Source: an uncultured Actinomycetota bacterium (GTDB lineage: Bacteria > Actinomycetota > Thermoleophilia > Gaiellales > Gaiellaceae). From it: a stretch of 64,000 bases of DNA. The stretch lies in the NCBI GenBank assembly GCA_963765345.1, contig CAVXWI010000001.1, positions 114,572 to 178,571 on the forward strand. Reading direction: 5' to 3'. The notes under the pieces are model-generated. The model was not told the DNA's origin. It ran no database searches and saw only the letters and a list, made by a program, of their open reading frames with translations. This document shows positions 20,640 to 31,274 of this stretch, in pieces; within the stretch, counting starts at the first letter, position 1, and the number at the start of each line of letters is the position of its first letter. Position numbers and translations under genes: made by a program.

Positions 20640-21302
20640 ATGAGCGACTACGACCGGAGCTTCTGGGAAGAGCGCTGGTCGCAAGCCTTGCGCGAGCACG
20701 GGGATCGCGCCGCGCAGCGGCCCCCGAACACCCATCTGGTCGCCGAGATTGGCGACCTGCGTTCCGGACGTGCTCTCGACGCGGGCTGCGGCCACGGCTC
20801 CGACACGCTCTGGCTCGCTGCGCGCGGATGGCTGGTCACCGCGGTCGACTTCGCCGCGACGGCCCTGGCATCTGCGCGGTCGACGGCCGAGGCCATCGGT
20901 CCGGGCATCGCCGAGCGCATCGACTGGGTCGAGGCCGATCTTGCGACCTGGACGCCTCAGCGGGGCGGATACGACCTCGTCGTCTGTCTGTATGTCCACG
21001 TGGCCGGGTCGGTCGAGGCGATGGTTCAGCGGCTGGCGACCGGGGTCGCTCACGGCGGGACCCTGTTTCTGGTCGGCCATCGGCCGATCGACCCGGGCAC
21101 CGGAGCGGCGACGGCCGCGGCCGGGCAGTCGCAGATCTCCGTCGAGGCTGCCCTCGCCGCCCTGGATCCGGATCGGTGGGAAGCGATCGTCGCCTCTGAC
21201 CGGTCCGCGGCCGGTCGCGGGGACCGGTGTCGATGCCGTGATCCGAGCGCGACGCCACTGCTGACGAGGGAGGAGGCTGAGCGGCAAGCCGCCACGTCAT
21301 AG
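20640..21302 (+). CDS. Class I SAM-dependent methyltransferase
   Basis: Motif I LDAGCGHGSDTLWLA and motif II/post-I blocks. Confidence 0.8.
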   Translation: MSDYDRSFWEERWSQALREHGDRAAQRPPNTHLVAEIGDLRSGRALDAGCGHGSDTLWLAARGWLVTAVDFAATALASARSTAEAIGPGIAERIDWVEADLATWTPQRGGYDLVVCLYVHVAGSVEAMVQRLATGVAHGGTLFLVGHRPIDPGTGAATAAAGQSQISVEAALAALDPDRWEAIVASDRSAAGRGDRCRCRDPSATPLLTREEAERQAATS

Positions 21303-21593
21303 GAGACGCATGAGACAGCGCTCATGCCGTGGAGGCACTCGTGATCCGCCGTCCGACCTTCATTCGCTGTATCGCCGGGCACGCCGGTTTTCGATCCCTA
21401 AACTGCCTTCGTTTCTCGGGCCCCGACGCGTCGGCGGTCTGCCTCCGCGCTGGTTGGGGATCGGGCGTGACCGAGGTGCGTACGCAAGGTGGGGGCAGCG
21501 CTCGTCCTGGTGTAGGCGTCGCTTCAGCCCGGTGTCGGGCCGTTTCCAGGTTCAACGCAGAGAGGGTTGCGGTTGGGATTGGCGGGCGCGGGG

Positions 21594-22442
21594 CTAGAGC
21601 CGTTCGGCGACGTAGAGCATCGCCAGATACGTCTTCCGCACCGTGCGTTCCGGACGCGCTTCGATCCGCTTGTGGATGCGTTCGAGAAGGAGCTCGCGGG
21701 CCTCGTCGTCGAGCGCCCGATGGTGTGAGTAGGTGCTGAGGACGGCGATGTAGTCGTCGGCGGTGTAGATCACGTCCCAGAGGTAGCGCCTCGCGCCGAC
21801 GTTGTGAAACCGGCGGCTCGCCTCGATCTCGTTGGTCACGACTTCATCGCTGTGATCCCCGAGCGCATCCGGATGCGGCAACCGCCAGGGACGCGAGTAG
21901 AAGGTGCCGTCGGCGCCAGCCTTCCTCGTCGGATCATCCGGTATGACGGCTTCGTAGTCCGCCTGGACTTCAGTGAAGAACGGATCGCCACCGGATGGAA
22001 GCACGTGTGCCGTCGAGACGAAGGCAAGCTTCCCGCGCACGCGGAGAAGATCGGCCGTCTTCGTGTAGCGCAGATCGGGCGCGAGCCAGTGAAATGCACT
22101 GAAAGCAACGACCGCATCGAATCCCAGACGCTCGGCCTGCCAGGTCTCGAAGTTCGCGTTGATCACCGAGACGCTCGGAAAGGCCGCCAGCTTGCTCTGC
22201 GCGGTGGCCGCGAGTCGCTCCCCGAGTTCGACACACGTGATCGCATAGCCGCGCTCGGCAAGCGGCAGCGTCGCCTGGCCGGTGCCGCAGCCGATCTCGA
22301 CGAGACGCGCCTGCGCCGGAAGCTGCGCGAGCGTAGCGAGGTCGTCGAAGATTTGCGGCGGGTAGTTCGGCCGGGCGCGGTCGTAAAGCTCCGGCACCTG
22401 CTCGAACGTCGTCCTCAGAAGCTCCCGTGGCGTGTCCGACAC
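21594..22442 (-). CDS. Class I SAM-dependent methyltransferase
   Basis: VEIGCGTGQATLPLAERG motif I, followed by DAVVAFSAFHW. Confidence 0.85.
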   Translation of the reverse strand: MSDTPRELLRTTFEQVPELYDRARPNYPPQIFDDLATLAQLPAQARLVEIGCGTGQATLPLAERGYAITCVELGERLAATAQSKLAAFPSVSVINANFETWQAERLGFDAVVAFSAFHWLAPDLRYTKTADLLRVRGKLAFVSTAHVLPSGGDPFFTEVQADYEAVIPDDPTRKAGADGTFYSRPWRLPHPDALGDHSDEVVTNEIEASRRFHNVGARRYLWDVIYTADDYIAVLSTYSHHRALDDEARELLLERIHKRIEARPERTVRKTYLAMLYVAERL

Positions 22443-22745
22443 GGCTCGATGATGCCCAAGGCGGCGCGTTCGCTGCCGGCCGCTTCGGTGGCATCGGGCG
22501 CACCCCGGCCGGCGGCGACCGGCCCGAACGAATGTCCGAACGTGCGCGTCGTGGCGGCCTCGCCGTCTACGAGGGGATTCTCCGCCCAGCGGAGCACCCC
22601 ATCGAGAAGCTCTCGACTCGCTGCGGGGAGGCTGAAGACGCGGGCGTCATGCGCGCGATCACCGTCCGGTTCATCTGAGCGCGCGTGACCAAGCCCTCCC
22701 TCGTCGCGGAACGAGACTCGGGAGGCATGCGCTTGCCGTCCGAGG

Positions 22746-23153
22746 CTATCGGGCGATCTCCCAGATGTGCCCCCCAGGGTCCATGAAACTCGCGGTTCGG
22801 ACTCCCCACGGGCGGTCCATCGGCCCGTTGAGCAGCCTCGCCCCACGCGCGATCAGCTCTGCACACATCGCGTCAACATCATCCACCTCGACAGTGAGCT
22901 GAAAGCGCGCTCCAGCCTCGCGGTCCCCGACGGACGCAGGCTCGACAAGAGGCACCGCCGCTTCCGTCTTCAGCAGGTTGACAAGCGTGCTCCCGAACTC
23001 GAAGACGGCGGAGTTCGCGTCCTCGAAGATGACGGGTAGCCCGAAGACCTCCTGGTAGAACCGCTTCGCCACCTGGAGGTCCTCGACGAACAACGTGATC
23101 GCTCTGATGCTTCTCGGCCAGGCAGCTGCTTCCGTACTCTCTTCGTCGGTCAT
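22746..23153 (-). CDS. VOC family (glyoxalase/bleomycin-resistance fold) protein
   Basis: ITLFVEDLQVAKRFYQEVFGL...RPWGVRTASFMDPGGHIWEI; start probably at the internal ATG (MTDEEST). Confidence 0.8.
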   Translation of the reverse strand: MTDEESTEAAAWPRSIRAITLFVEDLQVAKRFYQEVFGLPVIFEDANSAVFEFGSTLVNLLKTEAAVPLVEPASVGDREAGARFQLTVEVDDVDAMCAELIARGARLLNGPMDRPWGVRTASFMDPGGHIWEIAR

Positions 23154-23245
23154 CCGGCGAATGATGCACGACACGGTGGTGGAGCTTGTTAGCGCAGCCG
23201 ACGACCTTCATACCGGGTGCTTCGACCCGGTCGCCCGGGTCACGG

Positions 23246-23689
23246 CTAGGAGAGCTGGGCGAGGCCGTCGGTGATCCAGGCCCGGAGCTCCTCCGAGCGG
23301 ACGAACGGCGCGTCGTCCGCATCCGCGCGGGCGAGCACGTCCTCGGCCGATGCGCCGGCGCGGAGTCCGGCGTAGAGATAGATCAACGCGGCGGAGCGCG
23401 GCCCGGTCCGACACGTCACCAAGGTGGGCCGGGGCAGACCGTCGAGCGCTTCGATCTGCCGACGGGCGAGGTCGAGGTCGAGCGGGGTTGGCGGGTCGGA
23501 GACGACGTTTGCGGACAGGGGAACTGCCCGCTCGACGTCCGCATACGACATGCCGCCTTCCACCGAGGCGAACTCCTCGCCGCACAGGAAGAGCCACGAC
23601 GCCGCGGCGTGTTCCCGGGCGAACGCTTCCGGGTCGGCTATCAGCCCCCGGTTGTGCATCAGATCTGTCGGCTTCTCGAAGTCGGCCAC
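23246..23689 (-). CDS. Phosphatase-like protein with CX5R P-loop (DUF442/DSP-like fold)
   Basis: LVTCRTGPRSAALIYLYAG carries the CX5R signature of the tyrosine/dual-specificity phosphatase fold. Confidence 0.55.
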   Translation of the reverse strand: MADFEKPTDLMHNRGLIADPEAFAREHAAASWLFLCGEEFASVEGGMSYADVERAVPLSANVVSDPPTPLDLDLARRQIEALDGLPRPTLVTCRTGPRSAALIYLYAGLRAGASAEDVLARADADDAPFVRSEELRAWITDGLAQLS

Positions 23690-24104
23690 GACACGATCCT
23701 ACTCTCGCCCAGCCGCAGCCTTGACGTTCAGCGCTGCCCGTGGCCTCGTCTTCTGGTTCACGAGGCCGCGTGTCATCGCCGCTCCGGGCGCCGCTGGCGC
23801 CACGTGCGCTACGACCTGAATCGCTACAGGCGCTGAGTGCGTAGGGAACGCGGCGAGGAGGTGGAGGTTTACGACCCCGGTGTCACCTGCCGTTCGCCGA
23901 CACTCTTTCACATGAGCCCTCGGGTCTGGCATTCGACGGCGTCGTGGAGTGCGGTAGCGGGCAAACGAAAGCTTGCCATTCTGTTGGCCCGATATCGCCT
24001 GTCGCGACGCCGACAGCGTCAGTCGAGACGAGGTGTTAGGGTCGCGCCCGACACCCCGCGGCGCCGGGCGACCCGGCCCGGAGATCAAAGGAGGAGAGCT
24101 AGAG

Positions 24105-24614
24105 ATGGATGCGTGCGGCCTTTCGACGATCCCGCTCCGCACGAGGCTGCTCGCGACGCTCGCGGCGACGGCCCTGGCGGGCCTCGCCTTCGCGGCTGCT
24201 TCCTCGGCACGGGGCGTCTCGCTTCCGAACCCGTGCACGATCCTCGCCTCGGCGCACGCCCAGAGCTTGAGCGCCACGTCCGCCGCCACGGCCTCTCCGG
24301 GCAAGCTGAAGACGTATGGCTCGGGGAAGTTCGAGCAGCTGACCTGCGACGAGTCGGTCGGGACGATCTCGGTCTACCTCTCCTACTACCTGAACCAGGG
24401 CGGCTCCGGCGGCGTCCGGATCACCAGCCAGTCGCACCCGACGGGCTTCGGCGGTACCGCCACCCTCACCGTCGGGACGGGTGCTGGGAATAACGCCCCC
24501 GTCGACTACATCGAGTTCCGCAAGGGGACGCTCTACGCGGATCTCTCCGCGAACGGGGCCGAGCCCGCGAAGCTCACGACCCTCGGGCAGGAGGTCTACA
24601 AGCTCACGCCCTGA
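24105..24614 (+). CDS. Secreted hypothetical protein
   Basis: RBS aaaggaggag then ATG; signal peptide LRTRLLATLAATALAGLAFAAASSA. Confidence 0.6.
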   Translation: MDACGLSTIPLRTRLLATLAATALAGLAFAAASSARGVSLPNPCTILASAHAQSLSATSAATASPGKLKTYGSGKFEQLTCDESVGTISVYLSYYLNQGGSGGVRITSQSHPTGFGGTATLTVGTGAGNNAPVDYIEFRKGTLYADLSANGAEPAKLTTLGQEVYKLTP

Positions 24615-25031
24615 GCTGGCCGGCGGCCGCGGCTCGCGCACGCCGGCGCCCTGTCGATTTCGCCGCGCCGAGCATTCTCGGACAGCTCGGCCAGGTACCG
24701 AACGAACGTCGGCTCGTGTCGGAACCGACCTCGCGTCTGCGGCGGGATGCGAGGTCGGCGCTCAGGAGATCTGGACGCCAGCGCTCGTCGCTCTTCACGC
24801 AGCCCTCACGTCGGACGAACCGGGAGCGGTGCCCCAGACCCGTCCGGGCCGCCTTGACTGTCTGGGATCCGTCACAGATCACTCCCGAACAACCACGAAC
24901 AAGCCAGCGCAGCCCTTAAGCAAACTCTCAGCAACCTCTCAGAAAGATCCGCGCCCCGTTCAGGGTGTCGTGGTGAGCTTCCATACTGTGAACCGAAAGG
25001 AACCGAGCAGCAGGCGTCGCGGACGCCCAGT

Positions 25032-25593
25032 CATGCTCGCCTCGGTCGTCGTGGCCGTGGCCGCGTTCTCGCTACTCGCGGCCGGCTGTGGCGGCGGCGG
25101 CGGCTCTTCGGGGGTTGCAAGCGTCGCCTCCACCACGACCGCTACCACGACGTCGACGACACAGAATGGACTGCTCGCCTTCTCCGAGTGCATGCGCTCC
25201 AACGGCGTACCGAACTTCCCTGACCCGCAGCGCTTCGTCGGAGGGAACGTCAAGCTGACCCTCCACCAACTCGCACCATCCCAGGCAGCCTTGAACGCCT
25301 GCAGTCACCTGCTCCCGACGAATGGCGGCAGCGGCTCACAGCAGACGGCCCAGCAGCAGCGCACCCAGGTCGCGGACGGGCTGTCGTTTGCCAGATGCAT
25401 GCGCAGCCACGGTGTGTCCCACTTCCCCGATCCGACCGCGCAGGGTCAGCTGACGGTCGAGATGGTGCAGGCCCAGGGCATCGATGTGCACTCACCTGCG
25501 GTTCTGCAGGCCGTGCAGGCGTGCCTGCCGGCCTCGCACGGCCTGCTCACGCCGGCGAAGGTCAGAGCGGCGCTCAACAACGCCGGCGGCTGA
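25032..25593 (+). CDS. Two-domain lipoprotein, paralog of the 15420 gene (CMRSNGVPNFPDP / CMRSHGVSHFPDP)
   Basis: Lipobox LLAAGCGGGGG, then LLAFSECMRSNGVPNFPDP...ALNACSHLLP and LSFARCMRSHGVSHFPDP...LQAVQACLPASHG; possible upstream GTG start. Confidence 0.7.
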
Positions 25594-25619
25594 CGCGGCC
25601 GCCCGCGACGGCCGTTTCG

Positions 25620-26191
<572 letters not shown>

Positions 26192-26526
26192 TGAGCCGGA
26201 CGGTTGCCGCCGTTCGGCGGCAAGCGTAACGTTCGGGGTTCAACGGGGGCGGTCAGAGGCGAATTCTGGGGGCTCCTGACTGCGAATCGGGCCCTTCGAG
26301 AGAGTCGAGGCGGGGGACGAGACGCCAGTCCGTCGGGGCGGTTGGACGACCTTTCTCGGGATGGGAGTGGCAGGAAGAAGACCGTTCGTCATGCTGCTCA
26401 GCTGGGGCGTCAACTGGCAGCACGATCACGCCTGTCAGACACGGTCCCTTTCGGCTGCTTGCCCCGAGGCGAGCCTGCGCCTATGCTCGCGTACACGCCT
26501 GTACACCGGTCGCGAAAGGAGTCTCG

Positions 26527-26931
26527 ATGAAGCGGAATCCCTCGCTGTTAGTGCCAGTGCTTCTGGCTGTTGTGGGCGCGGTTCTCGGCGCGACGTCGGT
26601 CGCGAAGGCGGCCCCGGTCGCATATCAGACGCATGCTCCGAAGCACAAAACGACGACGCTTGCAGGCACCTGGTCTGGAAAGTACAGCGGCGCTTTCACC
26701 GGTACGTTCACGCTGCACTGGACGCAGACGGGGTCGGCGCTCAGTGGATCGATCACGCTGTCGAGCCCGAGTGGAAAGTACAATGTCAGCGGCAGTGTGC
26801 ACGGCACCGCTATCAGCTTCGGGGCCGTTGGTGCTGGCGCAACCTATACGGGGTCGGTCTCGGGGACGTCGATGTCAGGCACCTACAAGAGCCCTGTCGG
26901 AGGGGGGAGCTGGAGCGCTCAAAAGACCTGA
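26527..26931 (+). CDS. Secreted beta-rich hypothetical protein
   Basis: RBS aaaggag then ATG; signal peptide MKRNPSLLVPVLLAVVGAVLGATSVAKA; G/S/T-rich mature part. Confidence 0.7.
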   Translation: MKRNPSLLVPVLLAVVGAVLGATSVAKAAPVAYQTHAPKHKTTTLAGTWSGKYSGAFTGTFTLHWTQTGSALSGSITLSSPSGKYNVSGSVHGTAISFGAVGAGATYTGSVSGTSMSGTYKSPVGGGSWSAQKT

Positions 26932-27334
26932 CGGATCGCCGCTCTCGTGGGGGCACCTCAGCTGGCGCGACGGGCATCTTCGACGGCCTCGTAGCCGTCG
27001 TGGTGTCCCCACTCGCTCGCCCGTGCAACCGACGTCGCGTCGCTGCCCGGGCTGAGTTGGCTGCTCGACAGTCGGGTGGCACGACGGCCTGTGCGTGCGG
27101 GCGACCGAATCCCCGTCGACGTCCTCAGCGGGCGGGGGCCATCCTGGCGACGTGGCTCATGGCACGGAGTGGCTCTGCCGTTCCCCACGTGTGAGCTCTC
27201 CTGGGAACGTTCCTGGCTGCTAGCGAGTACGACCGTGCTTGATCCGATGCAGGCCGTTTCGCTCGTCGCCTGATCGGGTCAGCGAACCGCTCGCTCTGGA
27301 AGCGCGGAGCAGGCGCCTGTACCGTTGCCTCGTC

Positions 27335-27508
27335 ATGGGTCGGTTCTCGCGCTGGGCTTCGTCGACGCACGCTCTCTGGGTTCTGGCCGCGGTATTCGCC
27401 ATCGGCGCCGTGGTCGATGCAGCGCTCGGGCACCGCACATCCGCGATCCTCTCTGCCGTGCTGGCGTTCGCCGTCTACCTGCGCGCCCGGCCCCGCCGCC
27501 CGCGTTAG
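27335..27508 (+). CDS. Small two-helix membrane protein (hypothetical)
   Basis: MGRFSRWASSTHALWVLAAVFAIGAVVDAALGHRTSAILSAVLAFAVYLRARPRRPR. Confidence 0.35.
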   Translation: MGRFSRWASSTHALWVLAAVFAIGAVVDAALGHRTSAILSAVLAFAVYLRARPRRPR

Positions 27509-28178
27509 TGCACTGGCCCGCGGCGGGGCTGACGAGGTTCGTGCCGGCGCGGGCCTCGGCTCGTTCCTCTGATCGACAGCTCCGGCCGACGTTCGATCCG
27601 GGCCCGGAGCATCCAGACGGGGCTCACCCGCCGGTCAATCCTGGGCCGACTCGTCGCAACCAAAATCCTCGAACCGCGGGGCATACGGCCCACGTCGTCG
27701 CACGTCGGAACGCCATCTCAGCCACCGGTAGGGATGTCGAAGCCAGCGGAGGTCGATCGGCTCGGTTGTCCTGAACCAGCTGAGCGGAAGGCCGAGGGCG
27801 CGCGGCTCGGTTGCTTCCATTCGTAGCCGCCTGCGGCCGTCCTCCAGAGGCAGGCCCGCCACGCGGCGATCGGGCTGATCCCGTTCCTCGGTCATGAGCT
27901 CTGCGCTAAAGGATAGGCCCGACACCGCGGCCCGAGCGTCTCGTTTCGTGTCTCGGTCCCGATCCGGCGCGCTTCGGTGTTCCGGCCACGATCGCTCGAC
28001 TGCCCGGTTCCACTCCGGCTCGGTCTCGGCCAGTAACCGGCCGGAATGGGATCTGGGTTGTGATCGTTCCCATAGGCAGATAGCGATAAATCGCAGGCGG
28101 CGGCATGCTTTTTTGGTGAACTGACCCCCCGACGCGGGGAGTGTTGGAGCCGCACGCCACAGCAAGGAGGCTTTGCGT

Positions 28179-28307
28179 ATGAGAGACACGACGACGAGTG
28201 AACGGCCCGAGCATTACAGGCTGATGCTGCTGATCGAGCAGCTTCGGCGGCAGGGTAAGACCGAGGCTGAAATCGCCGACGCTGTCCGTGAGGCGAGCGC
28301 GAGGTAA
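28179..28307 (+). CDS. Small ORF (42 aa) with strong RBS
   Basis: aaggagg lies 8 nt before the ATG; MRDTTTSERPEHYRLMLLIEQLRRQGKTEAEIADAVREASAR. It is not in the ORF track because it is under 60 aa. Confidence 0.35.
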   Translation: MRDTTTSERPEHYRLMLLIEQLRRQGKTEAEIADAVREASAR

Positions 28308-28371
28308 GCCGCCCGGAGGGTGAACGCATCGGCGACGGGCGACGTGGGGAGTTGCAGGCGGTCGGCTTTGC

Positions 28372-29256
28372 TCAGCGGGCCGGCGGTGACCAGATGTAGG
28401 GCGTCGTTGTCGTCACCGGCACGAAGCCGAGCCGTTCCAGGATCGGGCGGCTCTCGACGGAGGCGTCGACCTGGAGGTAGCGGAACCCGCGTCTCGCGGC
28501 CAGGCTCGCCCGGTAGGCGACCATGGCGCGGTAGATCCCGCGGCGGCGCCAGAGAGGCAGCGTCGAGCCGCCCCAGAGGGACGCGAAGTCCGTGCCGATC
28601 ACGAACCGCACCCAGCCCGCACAGACGATCTCCGCGCCGGACTCGACGACGGCGATCGCGAGCGAGTCGGGGGCGGCGGCCAGTTGGCCCGCGAGCCTGT
28701 CGGCAAGCCCGTCGCGGTCGGTGCCCCAGATCTCCCCTTCGAAGCGCGCGATCCGGTCGAGGTCTGCGCGCGCGCTGACCCGGCGAAGGGCAACCCCGGC
28801 AGGGAGCTCCGGGTCTCCTGCAATCGAGGCCGCCAACGCGATCTCCACGGTCTCCCGCTCCTCGGCGACGAAGCCCGCAGCCTCGAGCCGGTCTGCGAGG
28901 TCAGCCGGCCGGTCGTGCCCGTAGAGCTTCCACTCGAACCGCTCGCGGCGCTTCGCGTACCGGGCGATACACCGCTCGATCAGCGCGTCGAGCTCGGCGC
29001 CCTCGACGCCGGCGAGGTCGCGGTAGCCGACAAAGCCGCCGCGCAGGGCCCCGGAGACGCAAATCAGCGGTCCGATCCGCTCGACCTGCTCGCCCTCGAT
29101 CAGCAGGTCGGCGAACGAATCGCGCAGCTGCTCGTCGAAAACCGCGAGATCAACCACACCCGGGAGGCTATCGCCGGACCACCGCCACGGCCGATGCCTC
29201 CCACGGCCGAGGCACCCGACTGTCGAGGATTCCTGATGCTCGCGGCTCAGGGTCAT
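28372..29256 (-). CDS. GNAT family N-acetyltransferase (start uncertain)
   Basis: C-terminal acetyl-CoA-binding block RRRGIYRAMVAYRASLAARRGFRYLQVDASVESRPILERLGF. Confidence 0.7.
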   Translation of the reverse strand: MTLSREHQESSTVGCLGRGRHRPWRWSGDSLPGVVDLAVFDEQLRDSFADLLIEGEQVERIGPLICVSGALRGGFVGYRDLAGVEGAELDALIERCIARYAKRRERFEWKLYGHDRPADLADRLEAAGFVAEERETVEIALAASIAGDPELPAGVALRRVSARADLDRIARFEGEIWGTDRDGLADRLAGQLAAAPDSLAIAVVESGAEIVCAGWVRFVIGTDFASLWGGSTLPLWRRRGIYRAMVAYRASLAARRGFRYLQVDASVESRPILERLGFVPVTTTTPYIWSPPAR

Positions 29257-29265
29257 ACTGAGGAC

Positions 29266-29403
29266 ATGGACGACGAGCGCCCGCCGATCTGCCCCGTCTG
29301 CGGCGTCACGATGGTTCCGGCCGCACTCAGCGCGGAGAAGGCACCTGCTGGTGACTGGACCTGCCTGGAGTGCGAGGCGACCGCCGAGCCCGACGGCAGC
29401 TGA
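29266..29403 (+). CDS. Small zinc-ribbon protein (45 aa)
   Basis: MDDERPPICPVCGVTMVPAALSAEKAPAGDWTCLECEATAEPDGS has two CxxC pairs; GAGGA lies just upstream. Confidence 0.4.
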   Translation: MDDERPPICPVCGVTMVPAALSAEKAPAGDWTCLECEATAEPDGS

Positions 29404-29443
29404 ACACGCGGGACTCGCACTGATGCGCGCGGGACTCTTCGAC

Positions 29444-30031
29444 TAGGTGCGGTTCTGCGGGTAGATCGTCTCGCCGCGGGTGAGCATCTCGACGAATTCG
29501 CGGATGCGTCGCGCTCGCGTCTCTGCCCGCTTGGCGGTGCCGATCCGATAGAGGATGGCGTAGCGGTTCTGGCCGACTCAGCTGCTCGAACATCGTCTGC
29601 GCCTTCGGCTCGGCGGCCAGAGCGACACCGAGGTCGGGAGGCAGCTCGATGCTGGCAGAGCCGGCGTACGCAGCTTTGGCGCGGCCGTCCGCCCTCGCAC
29701 GCTCCAGCTCGGCGATCCCGGCCGGATGCATGCGACCCTCGACGAGCAACCGCTCGGCGGTCTCGAGGTTCCGTTTCGACCAGGCGCTACGCGGCCGGCG
29801 CCGACCAAAACGCTGGGCGTAGGTGCGCGGGTCGCGGCGGCGGAGCTGACCGTCGATCCAGCCGTGGCAGAGCGCCTCTTCGAGGGCTTGATCGTGCGTG
29901 AGCCGGGTCGGCTCGACCGTGTCCTTCTTGGCGAGAACGAGCCAGACCCAGGCCGATGCGTCGTGATTCTTCGCCAGCCAAGCGCGCCAGCGTGCGGCAT
30001 CGCGCACGATCAGCTCGGCCGGATCCGCCAC
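29444..30031 (-). CDS. YdeI/OmpD-associated family protein (DUF1801-like) with an apparent 1-nt frameshift near 29580
   Basis: Frame 1 reads ...LCHGWIDGQLRRRDPRTYAQRFGRRRPRSAWSKRNLE...MFEQLS. The canonical C-terminus QNRYAILYRIGTAKRAETRARRIREFVEMLTRGETIYPQNRT* is in the adjacent frame; the crossing is at agtcggccagaacc. Confidence 0.65.
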
Positions 30032-30603
30032 GATCCCAGTCTGGCAGGACGATGCAGATCGCCCGGCTGGGCCGGGCAGGCTCCCGCCGTCCGAGCCGTC
30101 TTAGCGTCGTGTCAGCCCGGTTGGGCCGATCAGGAACCCATGGCGCGGGCTCGAGACGACGCAGCGCACTCCGACCGGCGAAAGACGTGCAACGGGACGG
30201 TCCCACTGCGACGGGACTCGCCGTGGGCAAGGATCGTCGCGCCTCCGGAGGGTTGCTCAGGCAGCTGCGACCACGGCAGATCTTGCGGCTCCCCGATGCC
30301 GACACCTGCACGCTCGGCGCATGGTGGGGACCGATCACCCAATACGCGAACGTTCCGAGCCCGGGACGGCCGAGCAAAACCCACAGCTCATGGCGTTCGC
30401 TCCCGGCTAAGAAGGAAGCGGCGGGTTCGCGGCGACGTGCCGGCAGTCCGTGCAGAGCGTGCCGCCGACAGCCAGCAGCGCCAGTCGCGGGAGGAGCCTC
30501 ACTCGAGCGCCACCGTCGCATTCCCATCCGCGCGTTGCCCCGGCGTCAGGCCGGCACACCCGCGACGGCTGAGGTTCTCGGTGCCCTTGACGCGCCGGAC
30601 AAC

Positions 30604-31029
30604 GTGGCGGAGGATGGGCCGGTGGTCGAGTACGCAAGCCTCACGGCGGCGCTTGCCGGTCTCTTCGCATCGCTCAGCGTCGCGATCGGCCCGGGACGGC
30701 TCCCCGCCAATGACCTCAGCGCGGCGGCCCTCGTTTCGGCAGCGGCGCGTTCGAGCCACGTCTCCAGCTCCCAGGCACGCGGCGCCTTCGAGGCCGGGCC
30801 GTACCACACGCCGGCACTTCGGTACCTCTATTCCGTCGGCTGGGTCTGGGCCGACTCGAATGCCACTACCTGCAAGGCCGCTCTGCTCTTCGGGGCGCAG
30901 CCCTCCGACGCCGCCGCCCAGGCCTTCCAGCAGGCCCCGAAGCTTGTCGAGCGACTCCGGACGGATCGAATCAGCCTGACGCGGGCGGCAGCGGCCGTCG
31001 GGCAAGGCATCAGCGCCGGTTGCCCGTAG
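30604..31029 (+). CDS. Ala-rich hypothetical protein with a pilin-like hydrophobic N-terminus (doubtful)
   Basis: GTG start, then MAEDGPVVEYASLTAALAGLFASLSVAIG (an ...G-x3-EY-hydrophobic pattern reminiscent of Flp/TadE), followed by an Ala/Ser-rich tail; convergent with the flotillin gene. Confidence 0.3.
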   Translation: MAEDGPVVEYASLTAALAGLFASLSVAIGPGRLPANDLSAAALVSAAARSSHVSSSQARGAFEAGPYHTPALRYLYSVGWVWADSNATTCKAALLFGAQPSDAAAQAFQQAPKLVERLRTDRISLTRAAAAVGQGISAGCP

Positions 31030-31274
31030 CGGCCTTCGCGGCTCCGGGCCGCTCGCGGACCGTCCGCCGAGGACGGTTCGGCGCGTCGAAGCTGATGGTT
31101 GCCGAGCGCCGGGTGGCGACATCGGCTCGGGCGAGGGAGAGGTCGGCGCGAAGCTGGGTGGGGGGCACGCGTGCACGCGCTCGCCAGACGTCGTCCGGTG
31201 GGCGGCCCCGTCGAGGCCTCGACGGCCGAGGGCTGCGCGTCAGGCGGCCGCCCGCGAGAGAGTGGCAGCGGCCG

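Noticed and set aside
30604-31029. A second Flp/TadE pilin
   Set aside because: The G-x3-EY spacing does not fit the G/XXXXEY Flp consensus and there is no leader peptide; it is kept only as a low-confidence hypothetical CDS.
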